From Octopus bimaculoides (taxonomy: Eukaryota), in the NCBI RefSeq assembly GCF_001194135.2, contig NC_068983.1, positions 148,462,982 to 148,526,981 on the forward strand: 64,000 nucleotides of DNA, written 5' to 3'. Under the pieces are notes generated by a model, which worked only from the letters and a program-made list of their open reading frames with translations, was not told the origin of the DNA and searched no databases. Positions 49,183 through 62,697 of this stretch are shown one piece after another. A program made the translations under genes and the position numbers. The first letter of the stretch is position 1; each line of letters starts with the position of its first letter.

Positions 49183-51013
49183 TACGCGCATGCATCGATA
49201 TACTGTTTCATTTTATATACGCATGTCTTTGCCGATCACTGGCTCTAGAATCTCTTTGCCCTTGGAGAAGTATAATGCCATTATATCGATTTAGCTTTTG
49301 TTCTCGATTCATAAAAAAATATAGTTCAGTTCATACGAAGTCACCAGATCGGAAAAGGTGAATTTTCTTTGATTTCAAAACCTTTTAGCAATTCAGAGCA
49401 GTCTTCTACTATTATCTGCTTCAAATCGGATGTCAGCTGCTGAGCTACTTACTATGCAAAGACATTTTCCGTTACCCAGAATATTACATCGTAAAAATGC
49501 AACTACTGTCCAGTTGTGCATTGAGCAAAAGGGTTGTCACTTCTCTGTCGGTACAAAAGAATTTGTCTACTACCTGACGAATCGTGTCAGTGGTCGCAGC
49601 TGTTTGTCTCACAGCACGAAGTTTACCTTCAGTGTCAGTTGCCCTTTCTTTACATGTCTCTATACATCTGTGTACATTGTTCTTCTCGGTGGTATCATCC
49701 CCTTACGCAACCTGCACGTTTCCCTCGACAAGATCTCCATGGCAACACTTCGTCTCTGTTGGAACACTTATCATATATGCAACGAAGAAGAACGTGAATA
49801 ATAGCAACTATAGAGGATGAGTTACTCTGCGTATTTTAAACAAAACACGTCAAGTTATTGAAAGGATATACTCGCTTTTGCATTACTTTTGGGACAAACC
49901 AAATATATACGTATGCCTAGCATATAAGATTTTATATATATANNNNNNNNNNNNNNNNNNNNNNNNNNNNNNNNNNNNNNNNNNNNNNNNNNNNNNNNNN
50001 ATATATACATATATATATACATATATATATACATACATATATATACATATATATATTTATATATAGAATACATTATCTTTACATTTTATATACCACCTCA
50101 ATACGTTCAAAGGTATTTATATGTAGGCATTCATATTTCTTCATACAAATATATTTGCACACGGGTGTATCTTTGTACTTACGCACGCGCATGTAGGGGT
50201 GTGCTTGTGGTTGCGGGTAATTTCATTTTTGTGTAATGCCATAAATCCAAGAGCATTATAGCGCTCTCTGTTTAAAACATATGCATGTATATGCATTAAT
50301 GCGTATATAAAACATATATTATCATATTATCACGAATTAGATATGTTTATACTGCTCCTTGTGCATGTCTATGTATATACATATGTGTGTGTGAGAGTTC
50401 GTGCTTGTGTATGTTGGTGTGATTTGCATGCAAATATATATGTGCGTATACGGTTATGCGCGTGCGTAGGTGTGGATATATATATAGAGAGAGAGAGACA
50501 CACATATACATACACAGAAATACACACATATGCACACACACATATTAATCGTTAATGTTTTCAGCTTGCATCTCAGCTTTCGTCAATCCTCAAACCGCTA
50601 TCCAACTTATTTTTATTAACGTTCTTGTTAATATTTACATTATTTACATATTTCAAAAGAATGCCATAAAGTACATATTTACATGGGTAGCATATTATAT
50701 AATATTATATTATATTACGTATGTGCTTTGTGTGTGGGTTTCTCATGGTTACCTTTGATCCAGCATAATGGCCTTCCAATAATGCGACGAAGTGTGTGAT
50801 TTCGCATCCTTCATGCATTAACTGTTGTAAGTAATTGTACATTGTTTTCTGTGACGACCGAAACCTCGCAAGTTGGTCTTGCTTTCCGGAAGTGAAGGCT
50901 ATAATCTGTAAGCATCATTGTATTTAACAATCATACTTCAAAAACAGAGCTAATGACGTGAAAATCGGACCCGACTGGGTATCGTATATGTTCTTAATAT
51001 TTTGTAGTATCAT

Positions 51014-51194
51014 GACGGTGAGCTGGCGGAATCGTTATCACGCCGGGCGAAATGCTTAGCGGCATTTCGTCAGTTCTTACGGTCTGAGTTCAAATTTCTC
51101 CGTGGTCGAAAAAATAAGTACCAATTAAGCAGTGAGGTTGATGTGGTCGACTTACCACCTCCTCTGAAATTGCTAGCCTTGTGCCAAAGTTTCG
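51014..51194 (+). mobile_element. SINE (13000-type family) with an internal deletion
   Basis: ggtgagctggcggaatcgttatcacgccgggcgaaatgcttagcggcatttcgtc...gagttcaaatt...aaaataagtacc...ccttgtgccaaa. Confidence 0.85.
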
Positions 51195-51657
51195 GGGTAC
51201 TGTTGCCCTTATATCTATACTTTTAGTATTTTTCCGAGAATAACATCTACTAAGTCTTGGAGGCCTGAATTTACTACTTGACAATTGCACCTCCTTACAG
51301 ACGACCCTACAACTGGAAGCATTCTGCTGTAGGTCTCTCTTCAAAGTTTAAAATGACTGATTGATCTTCGGTGGCACTATCAGAGATAACTCCTTTGCAA
51401 GCACTTGGTACAGTAATACACCACTGCCCTCTTGTTGCTAGTTTTATAGACCTTGCAAAATTTAATGTACATTGTCTTTCTCTGTCTTATTTAGCCACGA
51501 AAATGTATGATATAACAATTATAACTAATTATATGTTGGAAATCACAGTTTTTGTTGAAAATTATTACAAATACTTCTATCATTTGATCTTCATAATATA
51601 TCAGAGTGGAACATTTAATATAATATACAGAACACATGCACTCACAGCACACACACC

Positions 51658-51717
<60 letters not shown>

Positions 51718-52573
51718 NNNNNNNNNNNNNNNNNNNNNNNNNNNNNNNNNNNNNNNNNNNNNNNNNNNNNNNNNNNNNNNNNNNNNNNNNNNNNNNNNNN
51801 NNNNNNNNNNNNNNNNNNNNNNNNNNNNNNNNNNNNNNNNNNNNNNNNNNNNNNNNNNNNNNNNNNNNNNNNNNNNNNNNNNNNNNNNNNNNNNNNNNNN
51901 NNNNNNNNNNNNNNNNNNNNNNNNNNNNNNNNNNNNNNNNNNNNNNNNNNNNNNNNNNNNNNNNNNNNNNNNNNNNNNNNNNNNNNNNNNNNNNNNNNNN
52001 NNNNNNNNNNNNNNNNNNNNNNNNNNNNNNNNNNNNNNNNNNNNNNNNNNNNNNNNNNNNNNNNNNNNNNNNNNNNNNNNNNNNNNNNNNNNNNNNNNNN
52101 NNNNNNNNNNNNNNNNNNNNNNNNNNNNNNNNNNNNNNNNNNNNNNNNNNNNNNNNNNNNNNNNNNNNNNNNNNNNNNNNNNNNNNNNNNNNNNNNNNNN
52201 NNNNNNNNNNNNNNNNNNNNNNNNNATATATATATATATATATATATATATACACGCCCAAGGAGAGACAGAAATGAAGAACGAAAAAAGAAAGGGAAAA
52301 AGAAGAGGAAAATGCGTGTATGTATAAATATATATATATATATAAATTTGAATCGGAAATGTTAAATTTTATCGTAAAGAATACACGCACAAAATTTTAT
52401 AACGTTAATTTTTACTCTGTAGAGTTTTATCAATATATTAATAATAATAATAATTATTATTATAATAATAACAACAACAACAACAACAACAAAATAATAA
52501 TAACAACAACAACAAAATAATAATAATAATAATCATGATAATAATAATAATAACAATGACTATGATGGTAATA

Positions 52574-52619
<46 letters not shown>

Positions 52620-53027
52620 GCAGCAACCTTTATAGTCAGGAGAAATAAAGTGTATACATATAAAAGAATACTGGATTTCTACGGTTCATTAAACAATGAA
52701 ATAGCTGTATTTTATTGCACACATTAATCCGACCTTTACGTACCTGTGTTTGTAGAGTTAAACTATAAAGTATATTAGTATACATTCATAAAAGAGATAA
52801 AGGAATAACCTGAAAGCTAAACTGATAAAAATGGCGATACACGCACACACTCAAATGTGTGTGCGTGCATAGTTACATAATACATATAGTTGCAATTTGT
52901 ATGTATGATGTGTGTAACACATACATATGTTTAAGGATATATGATATACATATATATTATGTTATGTACATGTATAATATAATATATATGCATATACATA
53001 ATATATATATGATATATACATGTACAC

Positions 53028-53066
<39 letters not shown>

Positions 53067-54208
53067 NNNNNNNNNNNNNNNNNNNNNNNNNNNNNNNNNN
53101 NNNNNNNNNNNNNNNNNNNNNNNNNNNNNNNNNNNNNNNNNNNNNNNNNNNNNNNNNNNNNNNNNNNNNNNNNNNNNNNNNNNNNNNNNNNNNNATATAT
53201 TATATTATATTATATTATATTATATTATCTATCACGTATATTCACTTCGCACACCGAAACGCTTACAAATGTATATGGCAGACCTGTGAAATTTTGAAAT
53301 TTAAATATTCTAACAAGTGTTAGAATATATATGGAGTAGAATGGTAAAGCACAAATATGCATTTAAAAGAAAAAGAAAACTTAAATGTTTATATAAATTA
53401 GCACGAACAAACAGAAACACTCACACAAGCATATACATATACAGAAAGACGAGAGATAGAGAGTGAGAGAGAGAGACAGACAGAGACATAGAGAATGAAA
53501 TATATATTATTCTGAAGTGATATCAACAACCAAGTATTCCTAATTCCCTGTTCAATGAAAGGTAGCAATTTCCAATGTATTGATAATTCTTGTAGTGGCC
53601 TTTATAAATTTGATTACTCCTGAATTCGTTATTTTATTCATTCAATTATATATTTCTTCCCAACTTAATCCTATTAGATGAAACACTGATAAAGACAACA
53701 TAGAGAAAAAAATGGAAGCTTTTATAAAATCTATTGATTAAATCATTAGAAATTATATTGCTTTATTACGAAGGAAGTTTTATGTGTGGTTGCCTTCGTA
53801 AGATATATTAAGTGCTTCGGAGTGAAAATATGTTGTTATTGTCATTACACACCCACTCACCCAGACACATACACATATACAATATATATATACATATATA
53901 TATGCACGTATGTATGTACACTCACACACACACACACACACACGTATATATATTTCGATTCTTGATTGGCATTAATTCATTTTATATCTATATTCATGAG
54001 ATTGTTTTCCAAACTATTGATCACATCCTTCACAAAGTGAATACAGGCAACTCGAAGAATGGCGAAGGTAATGACGGTGACGCTAATGACAACGCTGACA
54101 ACGGTGTTGAGGATGAGGACGAAGGGAAGCGAACGATTAGAATGCTGTTGACAATGAGGAGTAGGGATTGCTCGTATTAGATCTGTATCTGCTCTGCCTT
54201 GAGGTCAG

Positions 54209-54318
54209 AGGGTGCAGACTTTGATCAAAGTCGAGCGGTGGAAAATAGTTGGCTGTAAAAAGACGTTCATAAGAGATATTATGTTTGAAGAGCGTCTTTC
54301 AAGGATTAGCAATACAAA
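54209..54318 (+). CDS. Candidate exon RVQTLIKVERWKIVGCKKTFIRDIMFEERLSRISNT (phase 0 to 2)
   Basis: Acceptor tgctctgccttgaggtcag|, donor AA|gtaagt. One frame open. Confidence 0.4.
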
Positions 54319-56378
54319 GTAAGTTCGACGACTGCAGCAAAGATGATCCTTACAAAAGCTAATGGAGATGGTGGTAGTAGTGGTCGTGGTCGTGGACGTG
54401 CTGCTGCTGTTGGTGGTGGTGGTGGTGGTGGTGGTGGTGGTGGTGGTGTTGGAGGCTGCCGTCATTGTCATTTTGGTAGGAGCTTTTTGTAGGTGGTGAT
54501 AACGTTCGTTGTTGTGAGAATGTTAGTGATTGTGACAAGACCGGTGTTTATTCCTATTTCTAGATCTTCGTTGGTCGAATCGCCGCATTACCAATGACGT
54601 TCCCGACATGACCATCCAACTTTTTTGTTATTTATTAAATCTCTGTACGCTAATATGCCTGCTACTTAAAAAGACAGGAGATTGCTAGAGTAGTTCCTCT
54701 CAGACTATGCGGTAATGCTCCCGAGCATGCGGTGGACAATTTCATATGTGTACTGGGGACAAACGGGACGATAGGAAGGGAGAAATAGATTCCTCGAATT
54801 TTAAAATTTATTTTCAATTTTTATTTCGAACGCGAATCATCTGGTAATATTAGAGGTTTTGACATTGCTCATTATACTGATGGAATGACTTGAAAGTAAT
54901 TTTTGAATCAACCAGTCGGAAGCGATATTTTGTAGGGTGTTTAATCTTGCTGAATCATACGAAAGAGTGTTTAATCTTGCTGAATCATACGAAAGGGGTT
55001 TTAGAAAAGTATTCCTAATAGAAAAGAGGCGATAGTTAAAAAAGTTTAAGAATCACTGGTATAAAGGCTCCAAACCTTGCTGTTAATATTATTAATGGTA
55101 TTGATCTGAGTGGTGGTCATGTTGGTGGTGGCGGTGGAGGTTGGCGTTATGGCGATTGTAATGATTTGCGTGATATTGATGGGAGGGTGGTGGATGTAGA
55201 GAAATGTGCCATTCTTTGGTTGCGTTAGGGGCGTTGGTGATAATTGCTTTTTTTTTTTTTTGCATTTTTATGTGGTGGGGATGTGAGATGAACAAGAACT
55301 GCTGATTTCGCAAGAGCAGATACATCGAATAGCATGGAGAAATGAGAAAAAGAATTGAAAATATAAAAAAAAAAGGAAGAAAGAAAAAGAGGAAGGTCAC
55401 AAGGTTTCAGATTGACTGGCATAAATAATAGAAAAGACTAAGTGGTGATAATGGAAATGATTCTTTGACAAGTCAGGTAGTAGTGTATCGTAAATGGAAA
55501 AAGAAGGAAACTGAGACAGAGTGTGATTAATACGCAGATGGAAACAGCATTAACTCGAAAAGAATGCATACATACATAAATACACGTTGATAATTAAATA
55601 GTGACAAGAGGAAGGAGAAGGTTCAAGGGATTTGGGATCAAAAAGATCCTTAAGTTGCGTAGATGTCAATAAAAAGCCACAAGATCAAAAAGTGAAAAGG
55701 TTAAAAATGGTCATTTGTACATAGCTAGCACGGTCGTGTCCAGGGCCATAATAACGAAAGCCTTTACGATTTAAAGACACCAATCGATCCTTTTAGTTTG
55801 TTATTATGTTCAGCAAAAATAATATCACGTTTAAGGGTTTAAGGTTATCAAATGAAACGATTAACAGGACAGATTTTTTTGTATGAATATGATGAAAAGG
55901 AAAAAGGAAATACAGAGAAAATGAGAGCGATGGACATGATCTTTTGTAAGGACAGAGGTCAGCCGTGAAACATTTACGAGTAAAGTTTATTTAGACTATA
56001 GATTAGGTTTAGTAAAGGATTGTTAATTTTGTACGTAGCTACCTTTTCTTAAGTGCAAACGTATGCGCACAAAAGCAAAATACATGTAGACTCACACGCA
56101 TGCACAGATAGATTTCGGTGTTCAAAGAGAAGCAACAAATAGACTTGATTACTTGACTTGAGTTAATTTAGTTAAAAGGATATTTGTTACGAGTGCTATA
56201 ACGAACATTGTGCGACTGAATAAACTGCTGAAACCATTCCCTGAATATATTATAAGATCATTTGAACTCCCGCTAGATAATTCAGATACCCTTCTCAACA
56301 TACATAATACTTTTTGTTGTAATTATTGTCCTCGTTGTTGCTATTGCTATGCGTCAGAATGTGAAGTAGCTGGTGCAG

Positions 56379-56501
56379 TACATATGGTAACAGTCCACTA
56401 GTCAAAGTATCAGCAGTTCGTATCATTTCGTCTACACTGCTTGAAGTCCATGGCCAAGGAAAATTAATCCTGAACTGCTCGCCCAACATAGCCATGCATA
56501 A
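56379..56501 (+). CDS. Candidate exon TYGNSPLVKVSAVRIISSTLLEVHGQGKLILNCSPNIAMH (phase 2 to 2)
   Basis: Phase-compatible with 54209-54318 and with 58303-58379. The donor AA|gtataa is weak. Confidence 0.3.
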
Positions 56502-57522
56502 GTATAACAGCATGTATTGGTATATGGAATTGAGATTTCTGTAGACAAATAATATTGATGAAGCTTTCGTTGTTTTCCATGTTTTGTTCTAGGTCAGTCT
56601 TGATTGCGCTTACTTACCTATGAATCTAACAGCTTTTTAACAAATATCGGGATGTACATTATCCGATGTACTATTACTTCATTCAAGAGAGTAGTGAGTA
56701 TTTTGGACAAGATTAAGTTGATGTTTCGATATTTTTGGGTTATCCCACCTCCTTTAAAATTTGCCATTAAAAAATTGCGTTATCTGCCAACTGAAAAATC
56801 GATTTAATGTGGCGACAAGGGATTGAATTAAGAGTTAGATACTTATGATTCAATACTTCAACACATTGTTGACGTTTGGCCGCTTCAATAGGCATTGTAT
56901 GATTTATTAAAAAAATATTATCAGATTCAAATCCCTCTTTCGTCTTTTCACTATTTATGCTTACTATTTTTTCATTCTTTTTTTTTTTTATTGAGGGTTA
57001 AACAAGTGTTTTAGTTGAAGGAGATAACCAAAAGTACCGATATTTCTCAGTGGGGAGGGGATAACACAATTTTTTAATGGGGGTGAGATAACCAAAAAGT
57101 ACCGATGTTTTTAACAAGTCGACTGTCTACGTCCGGGAATCCACGTTGGCTCGCGAGGTTTTTGTCAATTCGTAGTGTTAATTTCCGTTCGTGCTGTGAG
57201 AGAAACGCGAAATCATCACCCCTTCTGCCAGTCGTTATATAATTTCAGCACAATAACCGAGAGGTTTTGCCGGTAGACATTCATCTAAAAAGTTAGTATC
57301 TCGCCCATTTGGCCGCCTCCTGTGCGATTCTGTGTCAGTACCTAATGAAGAAGTATAGAAACATTCTAGGAAAATACATAAAACTTGAATTTTCGTGCAA
57401 GCCTATGTATCCGAAGAAAGGAATAAGCGTCTACGTGATTAGTTGAATTGCAAGAAACTGCAACAAAATTTCACTCAAATTATACCCTGTCGTTTCGAAG
57501 TACTGTAAAGGATCTAAAACAT

Positions 57523-57649
<127 letters not shown>

Positions 57650-57888
57650 ACCTGCCAGCCTATTAGACGCCGTTACGCACCGCTAGGCACAATGTGATTT
57701 GTATGGTTTGGCCTTTCAATAACGCCACCGCGCTGGACAAGCAAGCTAACCCCACCTGATCGAAAGGAAAACGGGAAAAACGTGAAATGAAGTGTTTTGC
57801 TCAAGAACACAATGTGCCGACCCATCTATGAATTGAACCCACGATCAAATGATCGTGAGTGCAACAGCCTAACCCCTAGGTCACGCGC
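57650..57888 (-). mobile_element. Decayed tRNA-derived SINE
   Basis: gtgaaatgaagtgttttgctcaagaacacaa...gaattgaacccacgat...cctaacccctagg is a reverse-strand tRNA-like head plus core. Confidence 0.65.
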
Positions 57889-58302
57889 GTAACCTAGTCA
57901 CACACACAAACAAATACACACACAAACAAATATACACACAAACAAATACACACACAAACAAACAAACACACAACCAAACACACACACACACACATGTACA
58001 TATCATATATTATTTGTCAAAACCTTTGTTAAAACAAAACACTGGTTTCTGACGAGCACCAGCGAATGAAAACAGTTTGAATGAGTTAAGTCGCGGTTTT
58101 GATACTCGACTAATGTATTCATCTCCGGTGCTAACGTCTCTGAGAAATGCATGAACGTCACAACTTTCCGAAATTCTTACAGAGTAAATTTTTGAAATTT
58201 GACTCCTAGTTTTTAGGAATATGGATTTCCCTTGATTATATAGCATTTGGGTTCGGCTTTCTGGCTTTTCTTAGCTTTCAAATCCTGTAGAAGTTAACTT
58301 AG

Positions 58303-58379
58303 GTCTCTATTATTATCGTTGAATGCACACAATCTGAACGTTCCCGTGCATTCTCTTCTGCCATTCACGCACCGGAATG
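58303..58379 (+). CDS. Candidate exon SLLLSLNAHNLNVPVHSLLPFTHRN (phase 2 to 1)
   Basis: Acceptor ttaacttag|, donor G|gtgagt. Confidence 0.25.
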
Positions 58380-60191
58380 GTGAGTGGGCAGCTGAAATTC
58401 TTGGACACCTAAGGACTTCCTCAACTTATTACTTTTCTCTTTTTTATTTTATACTGGTGACAGCAAACAGGATTTCGACTTAAATCATATAGAACCAAAA
58501 TAGAAAACACAAGGCATCGATTTTGACGCTCTGAAATTCTTTCGATCTACCGCCCGATATTGGCATTTTATTCACTAACACCAAATAGATGAAAAGCAAA
58601 ACTGATCTAGATGGACAAAACATTCTATGCAATACCAAAATGAATCTGCCGATTCAACGCCATAATTATTACTCCGGGCCGATAAAATGACTACCAGTCA
58701 TACTGTATGACAAACTTTGACAATTGAAAAGTCGTTGGTTCCTCAGCCGCAGTGCAGTGACGTTCCCGTAAACAAGACACCACTGAAGAGCCATACTCAC
58801 TAACCTGTAATTAAATGCTTTTGAGATGTGTAATTTGTCGATGTATTTTGTGAATATACTGTAAAATTGTCAGTTGATTCAATCTCTTACAGAGGGCAAT
58901 TTGATGATAACCGTGAAAAGGAAGTAAACTCGGGATATGCTGGCTTTCTATCAAGGAGAAGGCCTGTTTCTCATCTGCTTAACATCATGTGAACTATATC
59001 GTCGGTTCGAGAGACAGAGGTGGTTTGTGAACGGAAATATCATAAATAAAAATCATTCTAATACTGAAGATAAATTTGAAGATAGCAATCAGCGGTTTCC
59101 TTTACTTTTGGACAGTAGCTAATATGACAGCAATCTTCAGTCCGCTTAAAAATTTGTATCGTTTTATTATTCCTTTTGAAGCTGTCTGAAAGTCAATGTT
59201 GACAGATGTTGGAGAATGAGACTTTTACAAAGAACTTTAAAAATCTAAAATCAGAAAGCAAATTTCAAAAAATAACACACTAAAAGATTTATTTCAAATT
59301 TTCCATCCTTCGACTTTTTTTCTGTTTGATTGCTTCTTTATTAATTTGGTGTAATTTTTGTATTTTTACGTTTTTTCTTTTTTATCTTTTTTAATGGATT
59401 TGTTTTCTAAATGAATACAAGGACTGCAAACAAATGAAAATGCAAACTAGATTAAAGACATGCAAAAGATGACGCAATGCTTGTAGTTGATTTGCAATAA
59501 TGCTTTAATTAAAACATCAAGGCCCAGCATTAAAAATTCTTAACTAAACACTGCGGACCGCTCGTAGAGTAAACGTAGAGCTATCGGTGTTGTGAAAGCC
59601 TGTGACACAGTATCGATTCCCTACTGAAGCCTTTTGCACATAAAATTATAGTATTTAATTCATTTCGGAACATCAAAGCCACATTATCTCATTTTAGTAT
59701 CCTTTAAGATATATTGCCATGTGTTTCGTCGAGAATAAACAAATATCTTTTTAACAAAACAAAAGAAAAACATTTTTTGGACAACTTATAAAATCTCTGA
59801 AAACTGAAATGCAAGCTTGGATTCCCGAAGTTCATCTTCACAGTCCCACCAATACAATTCGGAACTTTGTAAACATTCCGAATTCTGAGTTCAAAAAATA
59901 TTCGATGCTTCTAACCCCTTAGAAATGGCATGAGTAACTTAAACCACTTTCCTTTCTTCTTGATTGAAATGAGCAAAGACGTTATAAATTTTCCGAGACG
60001 AATACACGGTTAACATTATTAGAGTATCCAGCGTAGTTTATTTAACTAAGACGTCTGTATTATTGTACTTAGCTTATTGACTTTGTATGGAATAAGCAGT
60101 CAGATAGACGAATAGTGAATACTTTGGTTTCTGTTAAGTCTTAAATAGCTAAAGCGATTATTCTAAAACATTATTGTTGCTTATACACACA

Positions 60192-60228
<37 letters not shown>

Positions 60229-60506
60229 GCAAGCCCACACACACACCCACACAAACACAGACACACACACACAGGCAAGCCCACACACACATACATGAAT
60301 ACATGCACATACGTACATACATTTTTCAACGGTATTTGAATGAACATGAAAATGGTTTCCGTGGTGTTTTCATGACGATTCTTTCTTTTTCTCTTTTGTA
60401 GCTCTCTTCTACTTCTAGATCTTTTGTGTAACGCTTTTGAAATTTGAAGAAAATTTACCACTTTTCAAACATATGATGATGGAAAGCCATTTAATAAAAA
60501 AAATGA

Positions 60507-60731
60507 AAACAGCATTTTCGGTACATACTTCTGATCGCTTTCAATCAAGCGCCCAAAGCTTCCGAAGCCGATACAGACGTTTATGCTGTGTACGGAGAAG
60601 GCCCTATTACTGAAAGAACTACACAGAAGTGGTTTTCACGCTTCAAGGAGCGGAAAGTCTACCTGAAAGACAATACTTGTTCTGGCGAGGATCAACCGAA
60701 CGATCTCATCGACGAAGATCCGTGCCAATAA
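60507..60731 (+). mobile_element. Mariner transposase N-terminal HTH fragment
   Basis: KQHFRYILLIAFNQAPKASEADTDVYAVYGEGPITERTTQKWFSRFKERKVYLKDNTCSG matches the mariner pattern HFRHILLFxFxxGxxAxEAxxxIxxVYGxxxxxxRTxxxWFxRF..DxxRSG. No start codon; truncated by a SINE. Confidence 0.85.
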
Positions 60732-60761
60732 CCCAATTTATCTCATAACCACTATATATAT

Positions 60762-60932
60762 AGGCGCAGGAATGGCTGTGTGGTAAGTAGTCTGCTTACC
60801 AACCACATGGCTACGGGTTCAGCCCCACTGCGTGACACCTTGGGCAGGTGTCTTCTATAGCCTCGGGCCGACCAAAGCCTTGTGAGTGGATTTGGTAGAC
60901 GGAAACTGAAAGAAGCTCGTCGTATATATATA

Positions 60933-60971
<39 letters not shown>

Positions 60972-61503
60972 NNNNNNNNNNNNNNNNNNNNNNNNNNNNN
61001 NNNNNNNNNNNNNNNNNNNNNNNNNNNNNNNNNNNNNNNNNNNNNNNNNNNNNNNNNNNNNNNNNNNNNNNNNNNNNNNNNNNNNNNNNNNNNNNNNNNN
61101 NNNNNNNNNNNNNNNNNNNNNNNNNNNNNNNNNNNNNNNNNNNNNNNNNNNNNNNNNNNNNNNNNNNNNNNNNNNNNNNNNNNNNNNNNNNNNNNNNNNN
61201 NNNNNNNNNNNNNNNNNNNNNNNNNNNNNNNNNNNNNNNNNNNNNNNNNNNNNNNTGTAAAGGGTAAAGACCGCCTCCGGTCGCAAGTGACCATGAAATT
61301 GCACATAGAAAGTTCCCCTCCAAAGCATAACTCCGGGCAAGGTTGTTTGTGGAAGACCAGCAGTCATCCATGCATTTCAGTCTCCCATCTCCATGCCACT
61401 AATGTTATCCAAGGCAAAGGCAAAGGGGCCGATACAGCTTGGCACCAGTGACGTCGCAAATCATTTCTACAGCTAGGGAACTGGACCAACGTGAAATAAA
61501 GTG
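60762..61503 (+). mobile_element. Composite tRNA-derived SINE with internal (TG)n and a gap
   Basis: Head ggcgcaggaatggctgtgtggtaagtag...gggttcagcccc...gacaccttgggcaggtgtctt; tail gatacagcttggcaccagtgacgtcgcaaatcatttctacagc...cgtgaaataaagtg. Confidence 0.85.
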
Positions 61504-61793
61504 TCAGCCCGGTCAAGGAATTGAACTGACAACCTCATGATTCAAGTACGATGCTGTAACCAGTGGTTCATATAATTATGCACCCACATACACACACACC
61601 ATACGTCTACAGCGAAAAATTTCCTCCAGTGAATGAGTTTGTTACGTGTTCGAACATGCCCCAAGTATGTATATACCTATGGGTAGGAGTCTAAACATTT
61701 GGGAGGAATACAGTCCACCAAATAGACCCAGTACACGACTGTTATATATTTTATCGAACCTTGAAGTATTGAAGGTAAAGCCAACTTCGGAAA

Positions 61794-62665
61794 CAATTTA
61801 AATTAGAACATAGGAGGAAAAGATTAGGCAAAAGAGGGATTTGTTCGTGGTTCACCTATACTGAGAATCGATCTCATCCATTCATGTTATAAACAATAAA
61901 TGCAGTTATGCACATATGCACATGCCATATCCACATACATGCTGTTAGAGATATATTGCTAAACGTAATAACATATACCATGAACTAAAACTAAAGCATT
62001 GTAGACGAATGAGATTGTTTCTACTGTTGTCAGATTCCGCTAGAAATTAATTCAGTGATATTTAATATTGATCAAAACTACATTCTTTCTATCTTTACTA
62101 TGCACACACACGCACACTACTTTTTTCTACCTTTATGCATACATACACACACAAATACGTGCTTACTACTTTCCAGCTCTACACAGTACTTTTCCTAAAG
62201 TCTCCCTCTCAAAACCCATTGTTTGCATTTTTCAGTAAATTTTAATTATCGATTCAACCGAAATAAAAAGCAAAATTTAAACACTTTGACATCGACTTTT
62301 CTTTTCTGCTACATAACTCTCACTTAATATCGAGGTAAGCGAACGTAATTGTACAAAAGTAATTTATGAACTACCAAACGCAAATACCTCACTCCTACAC
62401 ACACATGCACACAAAAAACACACAAATATATGTATGTATCTATGTATGTATGTATCTGCTTTCTTGTATACGAGCAAGCCATTGCCTCAAAGAATCATTG
62501 AAATGAGTCACTGATAATGCAATGTGAGGCCCAAAGATTTTCCCATTGTATTGCATAAGTACTCGCTGGCAGAAGGAACCGGTGCTATAGTATGAAGTAT
62601 TTTGACATGTTCTTTTAACTGAACAGCATACCTTGCCAACAAACACACACACACGCATATATATA

Positions 62666-62697
<32 letters not shown>

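Noticed and set aside
54340-54470. (GGT)n/(GCT)n tract giving poly-H/P/T ORFs on the minus strand
   Set aside because: Every frame is closed by nearby stops and lacks splice or start support. Simple repeat.
54937-54996. 30-bp tandem duplication gtgtttaatcttgctgaatcatacgaaag x2 as a CRISPR-like repeat
   Set aside because: Only two abutting copies, no spacers, eukaryotic context. Simple local duplication.
56618-56790. Minus-strand segment between a strong acceptor (atttttcag) and donor (AG|gtaagt)
   Set aside because: All three frames contain stops.
58040-58085. ctgacga-gcaccagc-gaat-gaaaac HHR-like string
   Set aside because: GAAA is not adjacent to stem II, and there is no valid NUH with a paired stem in type I or type III topology.
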